Shown here piece after piece: positions 11,564 through 25,900 of a DNA stretch of 64,000 bases (position 1 is its first letter; the number at the start of each line of letters is the position of its first letter). Source of the DNA: Nitrospirales bacterium (GTDB lineage: Bacteria; Nitrospirota; Nitrospiria; Nitrospirales; UBA8639); assembly GCA_965203295.1 (NCBI GenBank), contig CBDBCZ010000017.1, positions 1,792,001-1,856,000 on the forward strand, given 5' to 3'. The notes beneath the pieces were generated by a model. That model ran no database searches and was not told the DNA's origin. It was given only the letters and a program-made list of their open reading frames with translations. A program made the position numbers and the translations under genes.

Positions 11564-13118
11564 TATATAGTAACATGGTATTCAGTTCTAGCAAGTGTTC
11601 AGAGGTGGATGCTGTACCACGTCCAATCATGCTTTTTTAGACATGTTTGTCCCTAGCCTACAGATTTGCTACTTTTACTCGTCTAAGAATTGCAGCTGTG
11701 CTCGCTTGCAGTGTATATCTTTCTACTTCCTTTCTCAATCCTCTTTGGCCTGTGCATGTGACTTTATTCATCAGGTAGTCTCGTGCCCAGTTCGTCACTC
11801 CTCCACTCACTGAAACAGTCTGGCTAGCAAAGTCAACTTTATGGGCGGAGCAACGAGTGTGCCAATGGAATATTGTAATTTTAACCGACATTATTGACCG
11901 AGGAATTTAAAGTAATTTTCACAAGGGAGGTCGAGGGTTTGCCCCGAGGGTTTGCCCCGAGACCTTCTGCGGGAAAATTACTTTCCAAGATCAATAATGG
12001 AGATCGAGGCCGTGTATTTAGATACACTAACTGACATGGATTATAGTTTGCTCCTGTATTTTGTAAAGTAATAATACAACACTACAACCAGCATGTGCAC
12101 AAGAAAAATAAGGAAATACAATACTGCTATAGTGTTAGTAGACTCACATAGGCTCATATCACTTTGACAGGGAAATGAAATCACTACGAAATCACAATGA
12201 AATCCACACCATCAGGTTTGTAGAATGTTCCCCTAAAATCCCAATGAAGGGTTTGGTATGAATTGAAGGGAATTTTAAAGAAAGGTAATTCCTTGGGATA
12301 TTAGAGAAATCCGCATGAAATCCCCTGGTTTTCCAATCTAGTGTTTGCATATACATGTATTCACAAAGTAAGACAGTGTATTCCTGACAGAAATGTATAA
12401 TAGCCAGAGGAATGCTGCCAACTCAGACAACTCACAAACAACTCACTGTTACACTACTCCAACTAGCATGCTTGACTGGCCATAGTGTAAAACCTCAGGG
12501 ATGAAAATATGTATTTTACGATCACCTGAACTTTGTCAGACCACAATGTATTTGACCTGCCACCACAGAGTGTTGATCTGACACATTTTTATTGGTTCAG
12601 TGAAACAATTAAGGCACAACATACATCTACACTATTACATCACACACAATTGCCATGGATGACAGTGCTGTGATTACAAATTTTTAGTAATTCCGTGCAC
12701 AAAGCAGATTATAATATGGTCAGTCCGAGGACTCTGGGGAACCTGGAGAATCTGTGTGAAACCAGTCATCCCATGTGTCCAGATCTAATTCGTTTTCAGA
12801 CTCGGAGTCACCTGATGCGGACATTATTTTCATCCCTGAACCTAGCTATATGCATGAATATAGCTAGGTTTAAATTTGTTGTTTGAAGTCTCCAGAGACT
12901 GAGAGCTTATTGCAAAACTGCTGAGGTTGCCATCACGTATGTAGAGCAATTGACTACACTAAGCTTTTCTGGCAAGAGAGATCATGACTGGCTACTTCAC
13001 AACACACTGTTTTTCAGTTGTGCATGGATCCACTACATGCATATAAGCAACTTCAAATTTGATCTTACGTGTAGGCCAAGATGCTTACATTATCACTCTA
13101 CCTTGTTTTCAATCTCAG

Positions 13119-13254
13119 GCTCTAAAGCTCAGCAACACCGGAGTGAGCGAGATTGAAATCCTCCTGGCTAGAGTGTCAGCTGAGATCATGACTGGCTGCG
13201 TCACAACACGCTACTGGAGGGCGCCTGAGATCATGCTAAACTGGATGTGCTGTG
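13119..13254 (+). pseudogene. Degenerate p38 MAPK-like exon, copy 2
   Basis: CAG|[51 protein letters not shown] vs p38 [46 protein letters not shown]; a further LAREIMTGYFTT fragment at ~12969-13005. Confidence 0.85.
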
Positions 13255-13904
13255 GTTAGTGTCTTGGTAGAGGGGGTCACCAGGGTGGGCCTTTGGTAAC
13301 CAAGTTCTCGTTAGTCACATGGCTATATATTTGTACATGCTATCAGAATACACTGGTGTACCTCAACAGCCAGTAGAGAAATTCAAAGATTCTAGGCACA
13401 CAACCTTCAACTACATTTATGTGTAAGATGTACTGACCAATCACATTACCAAGCTACTGCTGGAGTGATATAACAGTATTCATGCACCTATTTGCTAACA
13501 TTGGCGAACCCACAAGTGATTTTTGCCTTTATAAAGAGGGAGTTACAACCCCTTCAATGTCAGGGTCATTCCTTTGCCTGCCTTTAGAGGTAAATGAGTG
13601 CATTTGGGGGAAGGGGGGCTTAAAATCTCTACAGCACAGATTGAAATGTGAACTCTTTTGGTGGTGAGTCGCAGTGGCTCAAGTGCTGCATTTTCCATAC
13701 GAGGAACTGATTGTGTGTTGTTGCCACATCGGCTGTCTTCTGACTGAGACACTGTTCTTGCTAGCAGAAATTTACGAGTGGCAACATTTCCCATGCTAAT
13801 TATATCAATGATTTATGTAGAAAGAGGCTCATTGTATATACATATCATCTGCAAGCTATTGTGGTTTTCAGAAACTCATTTCTCTCAATTTGCATACACT
13901 TGTA

Positions 13905-14801
13905 TCTATTATTACGCCTGGTTGTGTTCGTGTATTCGTTCGTTTGTTCGTATGTCCGTGCGTAACGGAAGCCGCATGTGCGCACTCCCGGATGCACCTT
14001 AGACCTGTGACCAGTTCATAGGTCAAAGTACCATGTGTCTGTTGAAGGGCGAGATGATGCTAGCTCTTTCAGCGAATTTCGCGAGACGCGATGACAGGTA
14101 CTTTATCACAAAGATTAGTTGCGCTGTAGTCCTGTAAGTGAAAGCCAAGCAGAGCTATAACTGCTATGCTAGACTAATCATGTCGGTGTGCATTAAATGG
14201 AGTCGTCATTCTAGGCGCCAGCACTATCTATGCCTGCATACAACGGATGGTAGCTAGGCTGTAGTGCAGACTTGCCTGTTTGGTCTAGCAGCTGTTTGTA
14301 GTCTCTCCTCTGAGTCACTGCCTCCAGCTGGAATCAGTGGGTGAATGCGACACATTCCATACAAACAGTAATATAGATCTATTACACCAACCAAAGCACT
14401 TTGGCCGCAAAAAGAAAATGTGGTGTGCTCATTTATACATTGAACTTTTCATGCTTACTACAGTGATTATGTATGAACATGTGAGCAGCCATGCTGAGTT
14501 GCTTTAAACGGAATCAGTGCCATTCACTTACATGTATGCTAGGCTATGGCTGTTAAAAGCTAGGCTGTAATCCTAGTGTGCCTTATAGTTGATTGCAGTC
14601 TCTGTAGCACTGCCTCCATGTCGTTCAGGTTGGGATCTGTCAGCACCACTACTTAGAGCTCTCTGCCACTGGCAGATGCTAAATGTACCCAACAAATCAT
14701 ATAGAGATCACATCTTTAATCTCTATTTGTACAGAGCGAGCGCAGCGAGCGAGTTCAACTAACACAAGTAGTTGTGCGAGCGAAGCGAGCACAACTACTT
14801 G
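13905..14801 (+). mobile_element. Non-autonomous Helitron-like element (family H2)
   Basis: 5' TC, 3' hairpin and CTTG end, A|T insertion without TSD; colinear with 33431-34221. Confidence 0.8.
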
Positions 14802-17688
14802 TATACGTACATGATTGTGCGTAGGTATTGGCAGTTTTTGGACAACCTATGAGCTTGCTACTAATCAGCAGCCATTGCTAGGAGTCAGCAGCCCTTGTCT
14901 CATTTATGTTATTTAGAGACTCCATGGCTAAACCCGCCAAAGTTTTGCCTTTCCCTAGGTTTATAATGCCGATATGTCACTGTATACTTGATGACATCAT
15001 GTCAGTCTTTTTTTTTATATTGTCGAACAATCGCGCTTCATTAATCAATGTCATGTCCGTGACACGCGCACGGACAGAAGGTGTTTCATGGACTGATACA
15101 CTAACTAGTACAGTGTATAGTAACTTCCAAAATTTAATTGAATGTCTGTAACTTCAATTAAGACTTAGCTTTAACTAGTCACATTATATTCCTGTGGGCA
15201 TTGAGTGATGCAATATACATGCACTAAGTCAAGATTGACTGAACAGTTACTGGTGAGGTGTGCGAATATTGCCTTATAACTAGCTAGTGATTCACTGTGA
15301 TGTACCAAGTTGGAGAGGGGGTGGAGTTTAGGGGGTGCATTGAAGCAGCATTCAATTTTTTAAGTGACAAGGAGTTTCCCCAATTTAATGAACCGCTCTC
15401 TGAAAGGCAAAATTTGAGAATACCTGCTCATGCAGTGGGACCATCATTACTTCACTTTTTGTTTTGTCTGTCTGTGTGTGTGCGTGTGTAATACATGTGA
15501 CATCCACTAATAAAGCACAATTGCGTTGAGAATACGCGAGAAGACTGTGGTGTCATCATATGATGTCAACTACACTATAGTCCACCGCTACTGGCATACA
15601 AAGTGCTCTGACTCCTAAAAGAACGTGGTGTGCACACATATTTTGCACTTTCTCCCCACTGTGACAGTGCATGAGACTCTGTGTAAGCGGGTGTGTAATT
15701 TAAAAACTGGAAGTGCAACAAAGTTGAAAACACTCGATCTACACTTTACCAACCACACCCACTAGACCTCCCCTACTGAAAGAATCTGCACACAAAAAAA
15801 TTCACAACACACTCACAAAACTCCATAGCACTCAACCAGGCATAGCCAAACACTACCAAAGTCCCTATACAAATATGATTCCACCCTCAATGACTCACTA
15901 GTCCAACATGTACACACCAACAGACTCAGTTATTAGCAACACACACACACCAAATTACACCACCACTATTCACATCTCACATATACACGATTGTGGTGGG
16001 TGTGGTTGGAAAGATGTAGGGATGGTAGCTACGCGGTAAATGTATTGCGTTGTGAGTGTGGGCAGTCTGTGGCAGTGCATGCATTTCGGTATGCATCGTC
16101 ACTTGTTTCATTGGTTTTTGAGGAAGTGTTGTTTGGGAGAAGTGCATCCCTACATAATTTGTTTTTGCACTTTTTAGCAAAGTGCTTTTTCTGTAACTTA
16201 TACATGGTTGCTCTAAGAGTAACAGGACCATGTAATGTCATAGACCATTATGGCTAAAGAAAAGGCCAGTGGATAAGTTAAGACAGACCTAAAGCTTAGC
16301 TCCAGGGTTCAAGAAGGATGCTAAGCTCTGACATGGCTAGCTAGCAGTACAGGTAAGAATTAGAGGGGTACTACAAGCTTATTGTTCAATTACGTATCCA
16401 TTTATATATTCGTTTCACAAAAATGAAAAAAGAAGGCAGTAAGTTTTGAGCCTGTACTGATGATTTTTTGCCAGGTAGAGACCTACAAAGTGATGGTTAG
16501 TTGGAGTTTTCGATCTCGTTTACCTCTGAACTGTATAGAAGGCCTGATCTAGATTTAAAAACCAAGTAACTGCCAAGAGAGGTGCTCCCCGAGTTTTATA
16601 GTAGGACAGCTACCACAGTCTTAGTGGATAGAAAATTGTAGATCCTTTTACTGTTTTTAACTAATTATAAAGCCATTTCAGTTGTATAAAATCAGATTCC
16701 CAGCTTCTAGTGGTTCCGCTTACTACAATTTGTGTACTGAGTTCACACTACTCATAGCCATGTGACTGAACTCATTAACGGTGCAATTACGGACTGTTTT
16801 CGTACATTCTTGCGCATGCCTGCATGTAACGTAGTCCGCTTTTCTGACTTGTATGGCCTGGGAACGAGGCTAGGGGAGACTACATGCAGGCATGCTGAAT
16901 TTCAGCTTAGCTCTTAGCCCGCTGTAGTCTCACTTACCAGCCCCACAGGCAAGCTAGTACTGTAGCCTAGCAAGACAATACAGGACTGTAGCCTAGCTCT
17001 TCACAACCATATAGCATATGTACATGTAGACGAATGGTGCTGACTTCATTTAATGCACATTATCATGATTAATCTGGCGTAGTAGTTTCAGCTCTCACTT
17101 ATTTACAGGACTACATGTATATTGCACTAATCTATGTGCGCTCGAAGTGCTCATTTGAGGCCATACTGCCATAATCTGTCAGAGTGTTCCAGCTGGTCAA
17201 AGTACTAACATTATGATGACGTCCAAACAAATATCACGTGGAGATTGCACAACACAAAGTACTTTGGCCACTAGAAGAAAATATGATGTGCGCACACATG
17301 CTTTCAGTCATAGATAGTAGAGTAGATTCAGTCAACCTAGCCTTGCTGCGGTGATTATGAAAAGGCGAGTAGCTGAGCAAGCAAAGTGAGTGAGTTCAAA
17401 AGGCGCAAGTAATTGAACTCACAACTACTTGCAGCTAACTGTGAAATCCTAACTGCTAAGATATTTAGGTACTCTACATCTGGGGCTGTGTATCTGGCCA
17501 CTCAGTGATTGTAAACAGCAATTACTTTTCTGAGTAAATGAATATCATTACTTGTACCAAACCCATAAGTGACTTGCTCACAGAAAGGCTATAAAAGCAG
17601 CAGAGAGGGTAGGGTAGTAGCACAATCTTCTCCCTGTTGTATTTAAAAACGAATTTTTGTATACTCTAGCAAGTGTTTAGGGTTGGAT

Positions 17689-18251
17689 CAGGAGCGCATC
17701 GAGCCGGCGAGGGAGTATGCAACTACGCACGTGAATTACATAGACGACGATGAAATTCGAAATTCAAACATGGTGGCCGTATTCTAAATAAAGTAGTATC
17801 TGTGTATGGAAATTTATGATGCAACAGCAGGAAAAATGAACAGCATTACGAGTGAGAAAGCCACAAAGTGGATAAAGATGAAGCAGTGTGTTGGCATACG
17901 CTCGAGCGAGATGACTACTACTCCAAAGCGAAAGCGTATGGGAGATGGGCCAATCTTCCAACAAGTGAATCCAAGTACTGCCGTACTCATGCTCAATGAC
18001 TGTTAAAACGGCTTACAGCTAACCTTCACATCAGTGTCGTTGTGCTCGGAGCCTGCGTTAGCTGTATCACCATCCAACGCTCTCTGTAGTCGCTCTGCAA
18101 AGCTGCCGCTCACCGACTTTCGTACCCACGTGTGTATATATTCCATATTTGGCGGTTACTAAAATTAGTATCCAGAAGCCAATGTTTAAATTTCGCCGTC
18201 TATACTAGTTGCATGCTCCCTCGCCGGCTTCGCCGGCTCGATGCGCTCCTG
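17689..18251. mobile_element. MITE with CAGG...CCTG termini and 7-bp TSD (P-superfamily-like)
   Basis: TIR CAGGAGCGCATCGAGCCGGCGA..GGGAG.ATGCAACTA; GTTGGAT on both sides (17682-17688, 18252-18258); empty paralogous site near 11605. Confidence 0.85.
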
Positions 18252-18789
18252 GTTGGATACTGTACAGCACCCCATCACGCCTTCCTGGTGATGTCAACTC
18301 TTGTGGTCTGTGCCCTAACCTCACCTCATTCTAACCCTATTCCAGGGCCTGGTACACTAGTAGGGCCTGATATCTAAAATCGTGATCAACTTATGTCGTG
18401 TGTGGGTAGGAATGTATGCGTGAACTGATTCAAAGGACGGTTGTGTTTTTGTACATGTTTCTGGAGAGTTTGTTTCAGTGGTAAGTCTGTGGCACAAACA
18501 GGCTATGAAGACTAGTCAAGTGACTGGTGTCACTCCTACCTTGTTTGGTTGCTTTTTTTAGATCCCTTGTCATAAGTGTTCTTTCCCTCTTTGAAATGCT
18601 TTTCGTGTGACTTGTCTCTGATGGATAGTTGTGTAGATAGTGTGGTTCTGGGATGTAGTAGTTGTTCATGGAAGGAAGTCAAAATGGATGATGTGAGTGC
18701 ATGCTGCTATAGGGGCATATAATCCTCAAACCGCATCTGTGATACAAGAATGGAAAAAAGATGATTTACGTACTAAATTCGATACACTA

Positions 18790-18977
18790 TACCATGGATC
18801 AGGAAATTTTCGCTCGTCTGTTAAATTATCACATTGGTTTGTTTTCATTGCTTTGGCACTCCGGCAGTATAGCATTATTGGTCGATGTTTGATGTTTAAA
18901 AATATTACCTTTTTTTTTTCGTCATCATAAGGTACCGACAAAATTTTATAAACGACGACAATTCCCAATCTACGGTA
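18790..18977. mobile_element. Short pogo-like MITE related to 9643-10196
   Basis: Ends TACCATGGATCAGGAAATTTT ... AATTCCCAATCTACGGTA. Confidence 0.6.
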
Positions 18978-18991
18978 TTTAATTAAGTAAA

Positions 18992-19623
18992 CCCTTTAAA
19001 CCCCGTAGACGTCTACATATGTCATAAATATTACATTACCGTAGACGTGTGTACACGTCATTGAATATGATCGAGACTCTACCGGAAAGTGACGCTCCAG
19101 GGAGATCCCCACTGCGGTTAGTGACGCTCCAGCGGACAGATTCTTTCATTTTAGCACTATTTTCAGGGACTTACCCAGGCAGATCACGAGAAATCCGCAA
19201 TGAATAACATCTGTTCACGAACCAATAATATACAGAGAAGAATTCTAGGCAATTGTACAGCAGTAGCAGTTCGAAAATATGACTAGCTGTCTCCTACAAT
19301 ACTCCTACAATACTGCTACAAGTCTATGGATGTCTTGCTTGTCCTTCAGGGCGTCATTTCAGTGGCGGTGCTATTTAATGATCGTTCGGTATCAACAATC
19401 CGCTGCCGCTTGGCACTTTCCTTCGGTCAATCACGTTTAAATCCGACATCAAATGAAAGCTCGGAAGCTCTTCTCTTCAGTCCTGTAGACAGTTTAGTCC
19501 AAGTCATCCCCCATCTTTCACTACAAATCCATAAACCGAACATGCTACCATCCTCGTGCCGTAATTAAATTATTCTGGTAATTGACTGATGTAATGCGCA
19601 TGCGCAATACGGGGTATAATGGG
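18992..19623. mobile_element. Degenerate piggyBac-like MITE
   Basis: CCCTTTAAACCCCGTA ... TACGGGGTATAATGGG imperfect inverted termini; TTAA flanks not intact. Confidence 0.4.
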
Positions 19624-21012
19624 ATGATCACTACCTACAACAGTGTTAAGTAACTTATATTACATGTCAACTAATGAAGTATATGTGACTTAACCTCTTG
19701 GGACGAGCCTCACACTGGCGACTTGGCTCTACAATTGCTGTCTGTTCATCCGTTTGATACTACTACGTCACACCGACACAACACACAAAGTTCTGTATTT
19801 GCGGCCTTGCTATAAATTTTTTGACCACGTGCACGTGAGTATTATACTGAGCACACATGAGATGGCAGCAACTATATGAGGCTTCAGTGAACAATGCGAA
19901 TGGGTACACTATGCTGAATTACGGTGTACTGTAGCAACGTCGAAATATTTAAAACGTATGTTGTCGTAATGTGTGAGTGCTTCAGGTTGCATCTCGGGAA
20001 TCAAGCGTCCGATCGCCACCAAATTTTGAAGACAATCTCATCAGAAGGTATTGTTCACGAAACAGACACAATCTGAATTTTCATGGAATGCTGAATGTGC
20101 TGTGGTTTCGCTGAGTGGGTCAAAATTAGTGGAAGTGTGATATGAATTCATTGGTAGCTGCTAGACACACAAGTGTTCCGGTGACTGGGTTTAGCAGCTG
20201 GGTTTAGCAGCGGTTTAGTGAGAGATGTTGCAATAGTGTGAAATGTAACTGGTACATTAATGTTTGGAGGGCCGATGGGCTCTTTACAACTTAAAAAGTG
20301 AAATCTTCATCTCCAGTAAGTAGATGAAGGGATAGTAATGCAATATGGTATCGTGGTATCATTCCTACCTTGTTTGGGTGCTATTTTGACTTATACCTAC
20401 GTGTTTTTTCACTTTGTAAAATGCTTTTCCGTAACTTTTTATGAGGGATGGCTGTGTAGATGGTGTGTTTCTGTGAGATGGAAGTTGAAACTGTTCTATC
20501 TAATGCAAGTGTTGCTGTAGGGGTAGGATTGTCAAACCACCATCGTATTACCTATACATAATACAGAAGAGATTATGAAAAGTAAGATCGAAGTCGCGTT
20601 TACAGCCTCAGCTCCAATTGGTTGTCCACTTGGTGATGTTATGACAGTCTTCTCGCGTATTGTTGTACAATCACACTTCGGCGGATAGATGATGATGTGT
20701 GGACAGTGTATAGTGACTTGTATTAAATGCTGGATTGAATGACCGTTAGATTGTTATTGGAGTAAATGTGACAAAAGCAAATGGGAAAATCAGCGAACTG
20801 CTTTTTTGTTTGCCCTTGCGGGGAAGACCTGGCTGAGATTTGGAAACAGAGAAACCGAACACCTAGTCTACGTATAAACATACTGCAGCTGTACTTTAGT
20901 TGTGCATGGATCCGCTTTGTAATCTTACATGGAGGCCAAGGTGCTTTGCTTGTTGACTTGGGTAATATTTGCCAAAGCTTACATTACCACACTCCCTGGT
21001 TTTTAATCTCAG

Positions 21013-21157
21013 GCTCTGAAGCGCAGCAACACCGGAGCGAGTGAAATCAAAGTCTTCAAGTTTGTCCTGGCTCGAGCGTCAGCCGAGATCATGACTGGCT
21101 ACATCACAACACGCTACTGGAGGGTGCCTGAGATCATGCTGAACTGGATGTGCTATG
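21013..21157 (+). pseudogene. Degenerate p38 MAPK-like exon, copy 3 (TGY retained)
   Basis: CAG|[54 protein letters not shown]; catalytic D and DFG lost. Confidence 0.88.
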
Positions 21158-21749
21158 GTTAGTGTCTTGGTAGAGGGGGTCGCAAACTTTGGTAACAAAG
21201 TTGTAGCTCATTTATTAACATGGCCATTAGCAGATGAGAAAGTGCAATATAGTTTGTAACATCAGCCAGTATACACTACTTACAACTAGCACACTTGACG
21301 GAACAAAAGATGCACTCCAGGCTTATTAACACACCCTAATTGCTACATTGGCAAACCCACAAATGTTTTGAGCAATGCTGCCTTTATAAGGAGGGAGCTG
21401 CACACATCATTGTTGTAGATTTCATAATGCAGAATGTGATTATGGAAGGCCAAAATAAAGGGCCTACAGCTCACTAATGAGATTGATAAGTGAATGCGCT
21501 ATTCCAGTGTGGAGCACACAGTACTGTATTTTCACCCTGCATCCGTAATTATGCGTGGAGGAAGGGGGGTAAGGAATCAATTCTGTCTGTTGTTTGTCCA
21601 GTGTGGTGGCCCTGGAGGCTGCACTTATTTCCGTCACGTATTTTACTTCAGTCCTATGGCTCTATTGTCCAATTACTATCAGTCCTATCACTCTACGTCC
21701 TATCGTCACTAGTCCTATTATTCTATTGTACCAATCCTATTGGTCTTCC

Positions 21750-22365
21750 GTTCTATCGTCACTAGTTCTATCGTTCTTCCATCCTATCTTTACCAGTCTG
21801 TCCTGTTGTCACCAGTTCTATCGGTCTTCCATCCTATCTTTACCAGTCTGTCCTGTTGTCACCAGTTCTATCGGTCTTCCATTTTATCTTTACCAGTCTG
21901 TCCTGTCGTCACCAGTTCTATCGGTCTTCCATTTTATCTTTACCAGTCTGTCCTGTCGTCACCAGTTCTATCGTTCTTCCATCCTATCTTTACCAGTCTG
22001 TCCTGTCGTCACCAGTTCTATCGTTCTTCCATCCTATCTTTACCAGTCTGTCCTGTCGTCACCAGTTCTATCGTTCTTCCATCCTATCTTTACCAGTCTG
22101 TCCTGTCGTCACCAGTTCTATTGTTCTTCCATCCTATCTTTACCAGTCTGTCCTGTCGTCACCAGTTCTATCGTTCTTCCATCTTATCTTTTCCAGTCTG
22201 TCCTGTCGTCACCAGTTCTATCGTTCTTCCATATTATCTTTACCAGTCTGTCCTGTCGTCACCAGTTCTATCGTTCTTCCATCCTATCTTTACCAGTCTG
22301 TGCTATCGTCACCAGTTCTATCATTCTTCCATCCTATCTTTACCAGTCTGTGCTATCATCACCGC
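21750..22365. repeat. 50-bp minisatellite, ~12 copies
   Basis: Unit TCCTGTCGTCACCAGTTCTATCGTTCTTCCATCCTATCTTTACCAGTCTG. Confidence 0.95.
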
Positions 22366-22998
22366 TACTATGATCATTATGCTGTCTTACCGTCACCAGT
22401 CCTATCGCTCTACTATTCCATTGCTCTTGGATCCATTAAATTTAAGTCTTATCACTCCGATGTGTCATCATCATCATAGCCCGTCAAATTATTAAAAGGG
22501 CGTGGTTGTTTGTTTGTCAAATCAGTAAATCTACGTACGTGTAGCAGCGTAGCTCATGATTATCATCAAAATGAATCGTCTTAATGCTTTTATTGTTAGT
22601 AGAATGAAAAGGTGTAAGACTAAAGCGTGGTGATCCTAAAGTGGACCGTAAGTACGGGGTGCTGTATAACCATAGTAGATACCATTCGCTGTTGTGATAT
22701 ATTTTCTGATGACACCAATTGTGTTGTGACAATGATTGCATAAAATTGGTTGTTGGAAGGTGACTGAAATGTAGTTCAGTAAGAGTTACATAAAAAGGTT
22801 ATTGGCTCATGCAAATGCAATATATGCACATGCATACAGCTATTGTAACACAATAAATGAGATTGTCAGTTTTATAATCATAGTTGTATCAGTCACAAAA
22901 CTTGTCCGGCTGTTGTCTGTTTCTTTTTCCCTTGCGAATAACCGGAGGTGTATAATGCATCTTCTTCATGGGTGGAAGTTGGATGTCTTCCAGAGAAT

Positions 22999-25900
22999 AT
23001 CTTCCAGGTGTTGGTGAAAGAGGAGAGAGAGGAGCTCGGCCGGGGGTTACTGGTACGGGGTGTCTTTCAGGTGCTGGTGGAAGAGGAGAGAGGGGAGCTC
23101 GGCCGGGGGTTGCTGGTACTGGGTGTCTTCCAGGTGCTGGTGAAAGAGGAGAGAGGGGAGCTCGGCCGGGGGTTACTGGTACTGGGTGTCTTCCAGGTGC
23201 TGGTGAAAGAGGAGAGAGGGGAGCTCGGCCGGGGGTTACTGGTACTGGGTGTCTTCCAGGCCAGGTGTTGGTGGAAGAGGAGAGAGAGGGGAGCTTGGCC
23301 GGGGGTTACTGGTACGGGGTGTCTTTCAGGTGCTGGTGGAAGAGGAGAGAGGGCAGCTCGGCCGGGGGTTACTGGTACGGGGTGTCTTTCAGGTGCTGGT
23401 GGAAGAGGAGAGAGGGGAGCTCGGCCGGGGGTTGCTGGTACTGGGTGTCTTCCAGGTGCTGGTGAAAGAGGAGAGAGGGGAGCTCGGCCGGGGGTTACTG
23501 GTACTGGGTGTCTTCCAGGTGTTGGTGGAAGAGGAGAGAGGGGAGCTCGGTCGGGGGTTACTGGTACGGGGTGTCTTTCAGGTGCTGGTGGAAGAGGAGA
23601 GAGGGGAGCTCGGCCGGGGGTTGCTGGTACTGGGTGTCTTCCAGGCCAGGTGTTGGTGGAAGAGGAGAGAGAGGGGAGCTTGGCCGGGGGTTACTGGTAC
23701 GGGGTGTCTTTCAGGTGCTGGTGGAAGAGGAGAGAGGGGAGCTCGGCCGGGGGTTACTGGTACTGGGTGTCTTCCAGGTGCTGGTGAAAGAGGAGAGAGG
23801 GGAGCTCGGCCGGGGGTTACTGGTACTGGGTGTCTTCCAGGCCAGGTGTTGGTGGAAGAGGAGAGAGAGGGGAGCTTGGCCGGGGGTTACTGGTACGGGG
23901 TGTCTTTCAGGTGCTGGTGGAAGAGGAGAGAGGGCAGCTCGGCCGGGGGTTACTGGTACGGGGTGTCTTTCAGGTGCTGGTGGAAGAGGAGAGAGGGGAG
24001 CTCGGCCGGGGGTTGCTGGTACTGGGTGTCTTCCAGGTGCTGGTGAAAGAGGAGAGAGGGGAGCTCGGCCGGGGGTTACTGGTACTGGGTGTCTTCCAGG
24101 TGTTGGTGGAAGAGGAGAGAGGGGAGCTCGGTCGGGGGTTACTGGTACGGGGTGTCTTTCAGGTGCTGGTGGAAGAGGAGAGAGGGGAGCTCGGCCGGGG
24201 GTTACTGGTACTGGGTGTCTTCCAGGCCAGGTGTTGGTGGAAGAGGAGAGAGAGGGGAGCTTGGCCGGGGGTTACTGGTACGGGGTGTCTTTCAGGTGCT
24301 GGTGGAAGAGGAGAGAGGGGAGCTCGGCCGGGGGTTGCTGGTACTGGGTGTCTTTCAGGTGTTGGTGAAAGAGGAGAGAGAGGAGCTCGGCCGGGGGTTA
24401 CTGGTACGGGGTGTCTTTCAGGTGCTGGTGGAAGAGGAGAGAGGGCAGCTCGGCCGGGGGTTACTGGTACGGGGTGTCTTTCAGGTGCTGGTGGAAGAGG
24501 AGAGAGGGGAGCTCGGCCGGGGGTTGCTGGTACTGGGTGTCTTCCAGGTGCTGGTGAAAGAGGAGAGAGGGGAGCTCGGCCGGGGGTTACTGGTACTGGG
24601 TGTCTTCCAGGCCAGGTGTTGGTGGAAGAGGAGAGAGAGGGGAGCTTGGCCGGGGGTTACTGGTACGGGGTGTCTTTCAGGTGCTGGTGGAAGAGGAGAG
24701 AGGGCAGCTCGGCCGGGGGTTACTGGTACGGGGTGTCTTTCAGGTGCTGGTGGAAGAGGAGAGAGGGGAGCTCGGCCGGGGGTTGCTGGTACTGGGTGTC
24801 TTCCAGGTGCTGGTGAAAGAGGAGAGAGGGGAGCTCGGCCGGGGGTTACTGGTACTGGGTGTCTTCCAGGTGTTGGTGGAAGAGGAGAGAGGGGAGCTCG
24901 GCCGGGGGTTGCTGGTACTGGGTGTCTTCCAGGTGTTGGTGAAAGAGGAGAGAGGAGAGCTCGGCCGGGGGTTACTGGTACTGGGTGTCTTCCAGGTGTT
25001 GGTGGAAGAGGAGAGAGGGGAGCTCGGTCGGGGGTTACTGGTACGGGGTGTCTTTCAGGTGCTGGTGGAAGAGGAGAGAGGGGAGCTCGGCCGGGGGTTA
25101 CTGGTACTGGGTGTCTTCCAGGTGTTGGTGGAAGAGGAGAGAGGGGAGCTCGGCCGGGGGTTACTGGTACGGGGTGTCTTCCAGGTGCTGGTGGAAGAGG
25201 AGAGAGGGGAGCTCGGCCGGGGGTTACTGGTACGGGGTGTCTTCCAGGTGTTGGTGGAAGAGAAGAGAGGGGAGCTCGGCCGGGGGTTACTGGTACTGGG
25301 TGTCTTCCAGGTGTTGGTGGTAGAGGAGAGAGGGGAGCTCGGCCGGGGGTTACTGGTACTGGGTGTCTTCCAGGTGTTGGTGAAAGAGGAGAGAGGGGAG
25401 CTCGGCCGGGGGTTACTGGTACTGGATGTCTTCCAGGTGTTGGTAGAAGAGGAGAGAGGGGAGCTCGGCCGGGGGTTACTGGTACTGGGTGTCTTCCAGG
25501 TGTTGGTGGTAGAGGAGAGAGGGGAGCTCGGCCGGGGGTTACTGGTACTGGGTGTCTTCCAGGTGTTGGTGGAAGAGGAGAGAGGGGAGCTCGGCCGGGG
25601 GTTGCTGGTACTGGGTGTCTTCCAGGTGTTGGTGAAAGAGGAGAGAGGAGAGCTCGGCCGGGGGTTACTGGTACTGGGTGTCTTCCAGGTGTTGGTGGAA
25701 GAGGAGAGAGGGGAGCTCGGCCGGGGGTTACTGGTACGGGGTGTCTTCCAGGTGCTGGTGGAAGAGGAGAGAGGGGAGCTCGGCCGGGGGTTGCTGGTAC
25801 TGGGTGTCTTCCAGGTGTTGGTGGAAGAGAAGAGAGGGGAGCTCGGCCGGGGGTTACTGGTACGGGGTGTCTTCCAGGTGCTGGTGGAAGAGGAGAGAGG

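Noticed and set aside
21594..22495. 200-260-aa ORFs in three frames
   Set aside because: 50-bp unit is not a multiple of three; pyrimidine-rich repeat lacks stops by composition
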